This document shows, one piece after another, positions 7,087 to 8,201 of a DNA stretch of 8,201 nt. Under the pieces are notes generated by a model. It did not search any database, had not been told where the DNA came from, and was given only the letters and a program-made list of their open reading frames with translations. The position numbers were made by a program, and so were the translations under genes. Positions within the stretch are counted from its first letter, which is position 1. Each line of letters opens with the position of its first letter. The DNA is taken from the NCBI RefSeq assembly GCF_006345805.1, contig NW_021828431.1:1-8201 (forward strand). Direction: 5' to 3'. Origin of the DNA: Octopus sinensis. Its lineage: Eukaryota.

Positions 7087-7623
7087 GCTGATGATGATGA
7101 TGATGATGATGATGACGATGACGACGACGACGACAGTGTTGTTTTTGTTGATGTTGCTGGCTTTGGTGGTACTGGTGGCGGTGATGGTGCCAGGGGTGGT
7201 GTTAGTGGTGGTGGGGGGTGGGGGTTGTGGTGGCATTCGTGTTGGTGGTGGTGAGGATGACAACGGTGACGATGATGATGATTATGATGATGATGATGCT
7301 GATGATGATGGTGATGACGGTAACGATGAAGGCGACGCCGGAGGCAGTGGGGTTGTTGTAGTTGTTTTTGCTGGTGGTGGTGGTCGAGGTGGTGACCATA
7401 ATGACGATGATGGTGATAATGATGACGATGATGATGATGATGATTACGTTGACGATAATTATGACGATGATCATCATCTCGATAACCTAGATGATGATGA
7501 TGATGATGATGATGATGTTGACGATGTTGGTGATGATGATGATAATGATGATGATGATGATTATGACGATGTTGCTGAGCATAATGATGCTGATGCTGAT
7601 GGGGATGATGAAGATGATCACCA

Positions 7624-7660
<37 letters not shown>

Positions 7661-7824
7661 TATCATCGTCATCCTCTTAGTCATTGGCATCATTCTCCTC
7701 ATTTCTCGTCGTCATCATTATTGTCACCGTTGCAGTTACCCCCTCCCTCACTCCTTCTCCCCCCTTCCCCCTCTCTTTCTCCCCCTCCTCCTCCTCCTTG
7801 TCGCCGTTGTCGCCGCCGTCGTCT
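7087..7824. repeat. Compound trinucleotide low-complexity tract: (GAT/GAC/GGT)n switching to (CAT/CGT/CCT)n
   Basis: (GAT)8 7090-7113, (GAT)9 7490-7516, (CAT)11 7628-7660, C-rich tract 7739-7799. Confidence 0.93.
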
Positions 7825-7878
7825 TGCTCATACGTGTCTTCATTTCTTTTGTTTTCTGTGAAACACAGATTGCATGAT

Positions 7879-7910
7879 GTACTACATTGTCTTCACAGAC
7901 AATGTAGTAC
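7879..7910. other. Perfect 14-bp inverted repeat with a 4-nt loop
   Basis: gtactacattgtct - tcac - agacaatgtagtac; arms checked base by base. Confidence 0.95.
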
Positions 7911-8201
7911 CGGGTACTTTTAAAAAATTTTTTGAATGACAACACTGGGTTGTCTTGTATACCCATTGCAAAAAAAAGATCAAATCCACCACCCTCCCAC
8001 CCAAAAAATAAGACACATCGTGATTATTGTTGAAGTTATTTTTGTCGTAGAAGTTCTATTCAGTGTTCTTATGCATACATTTTATTCCGTTACCACTAAA
8101 CCCATCCATATACCAATACTCGCCACCACTACAGCGCATTCTCACATCTGCATTTGTCTGTCTCTTAATGTCTCACTTTGTCATGACAAGCTCTCTCTCT
8201 G

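Noticed and set aside
7193-7224. + strand G-quadruplex
   Set aside because: Only three G-runs of 3 or more, with one long loop.
8178-8189. 12-bp palindrome ttgtcatgacaa
   Set aside because: About 1 in 4096 positions by chance, so a couple are expected per window.

Overview
Eukaryotic, repeat-saturated DNA. The repeat families look, from memory and not from a search, like coleoid cephalopod (Octopus) elements. Most of the window is decayed retroposons and microsatellites: tRNA-headed SINEs of four families (7 copies or fragments), 3' remnants of three non-LTR clades (L1/Tx1 on the minus strand, RTE, and R4/Dong with a restriction-like endonuclease), two further putative (TAA)n-tailed 3' ends, and large TATG/CATA, AAT and GAT/CAT arrays. 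No complete gene, tRNA, rRNA or CRISPR array is present, and almost all long ORFs in the track are microsatellite artefacts. The best host signal is two tiny + strand exon candidates (1693-1749 and 7041-7081). Each has one open frame, and they splice in frame across a ~5.3 kb repeat-filled intron. The other interesting observations concern retroposon architecture (SINE-head/LINE-tail fusions, a 3' hairpin shared between SINE families) and an unexplained perfect 14-bp hairpin at 7879-7910. I see no firm evidence of a new biological system. All findings are hypotheses.
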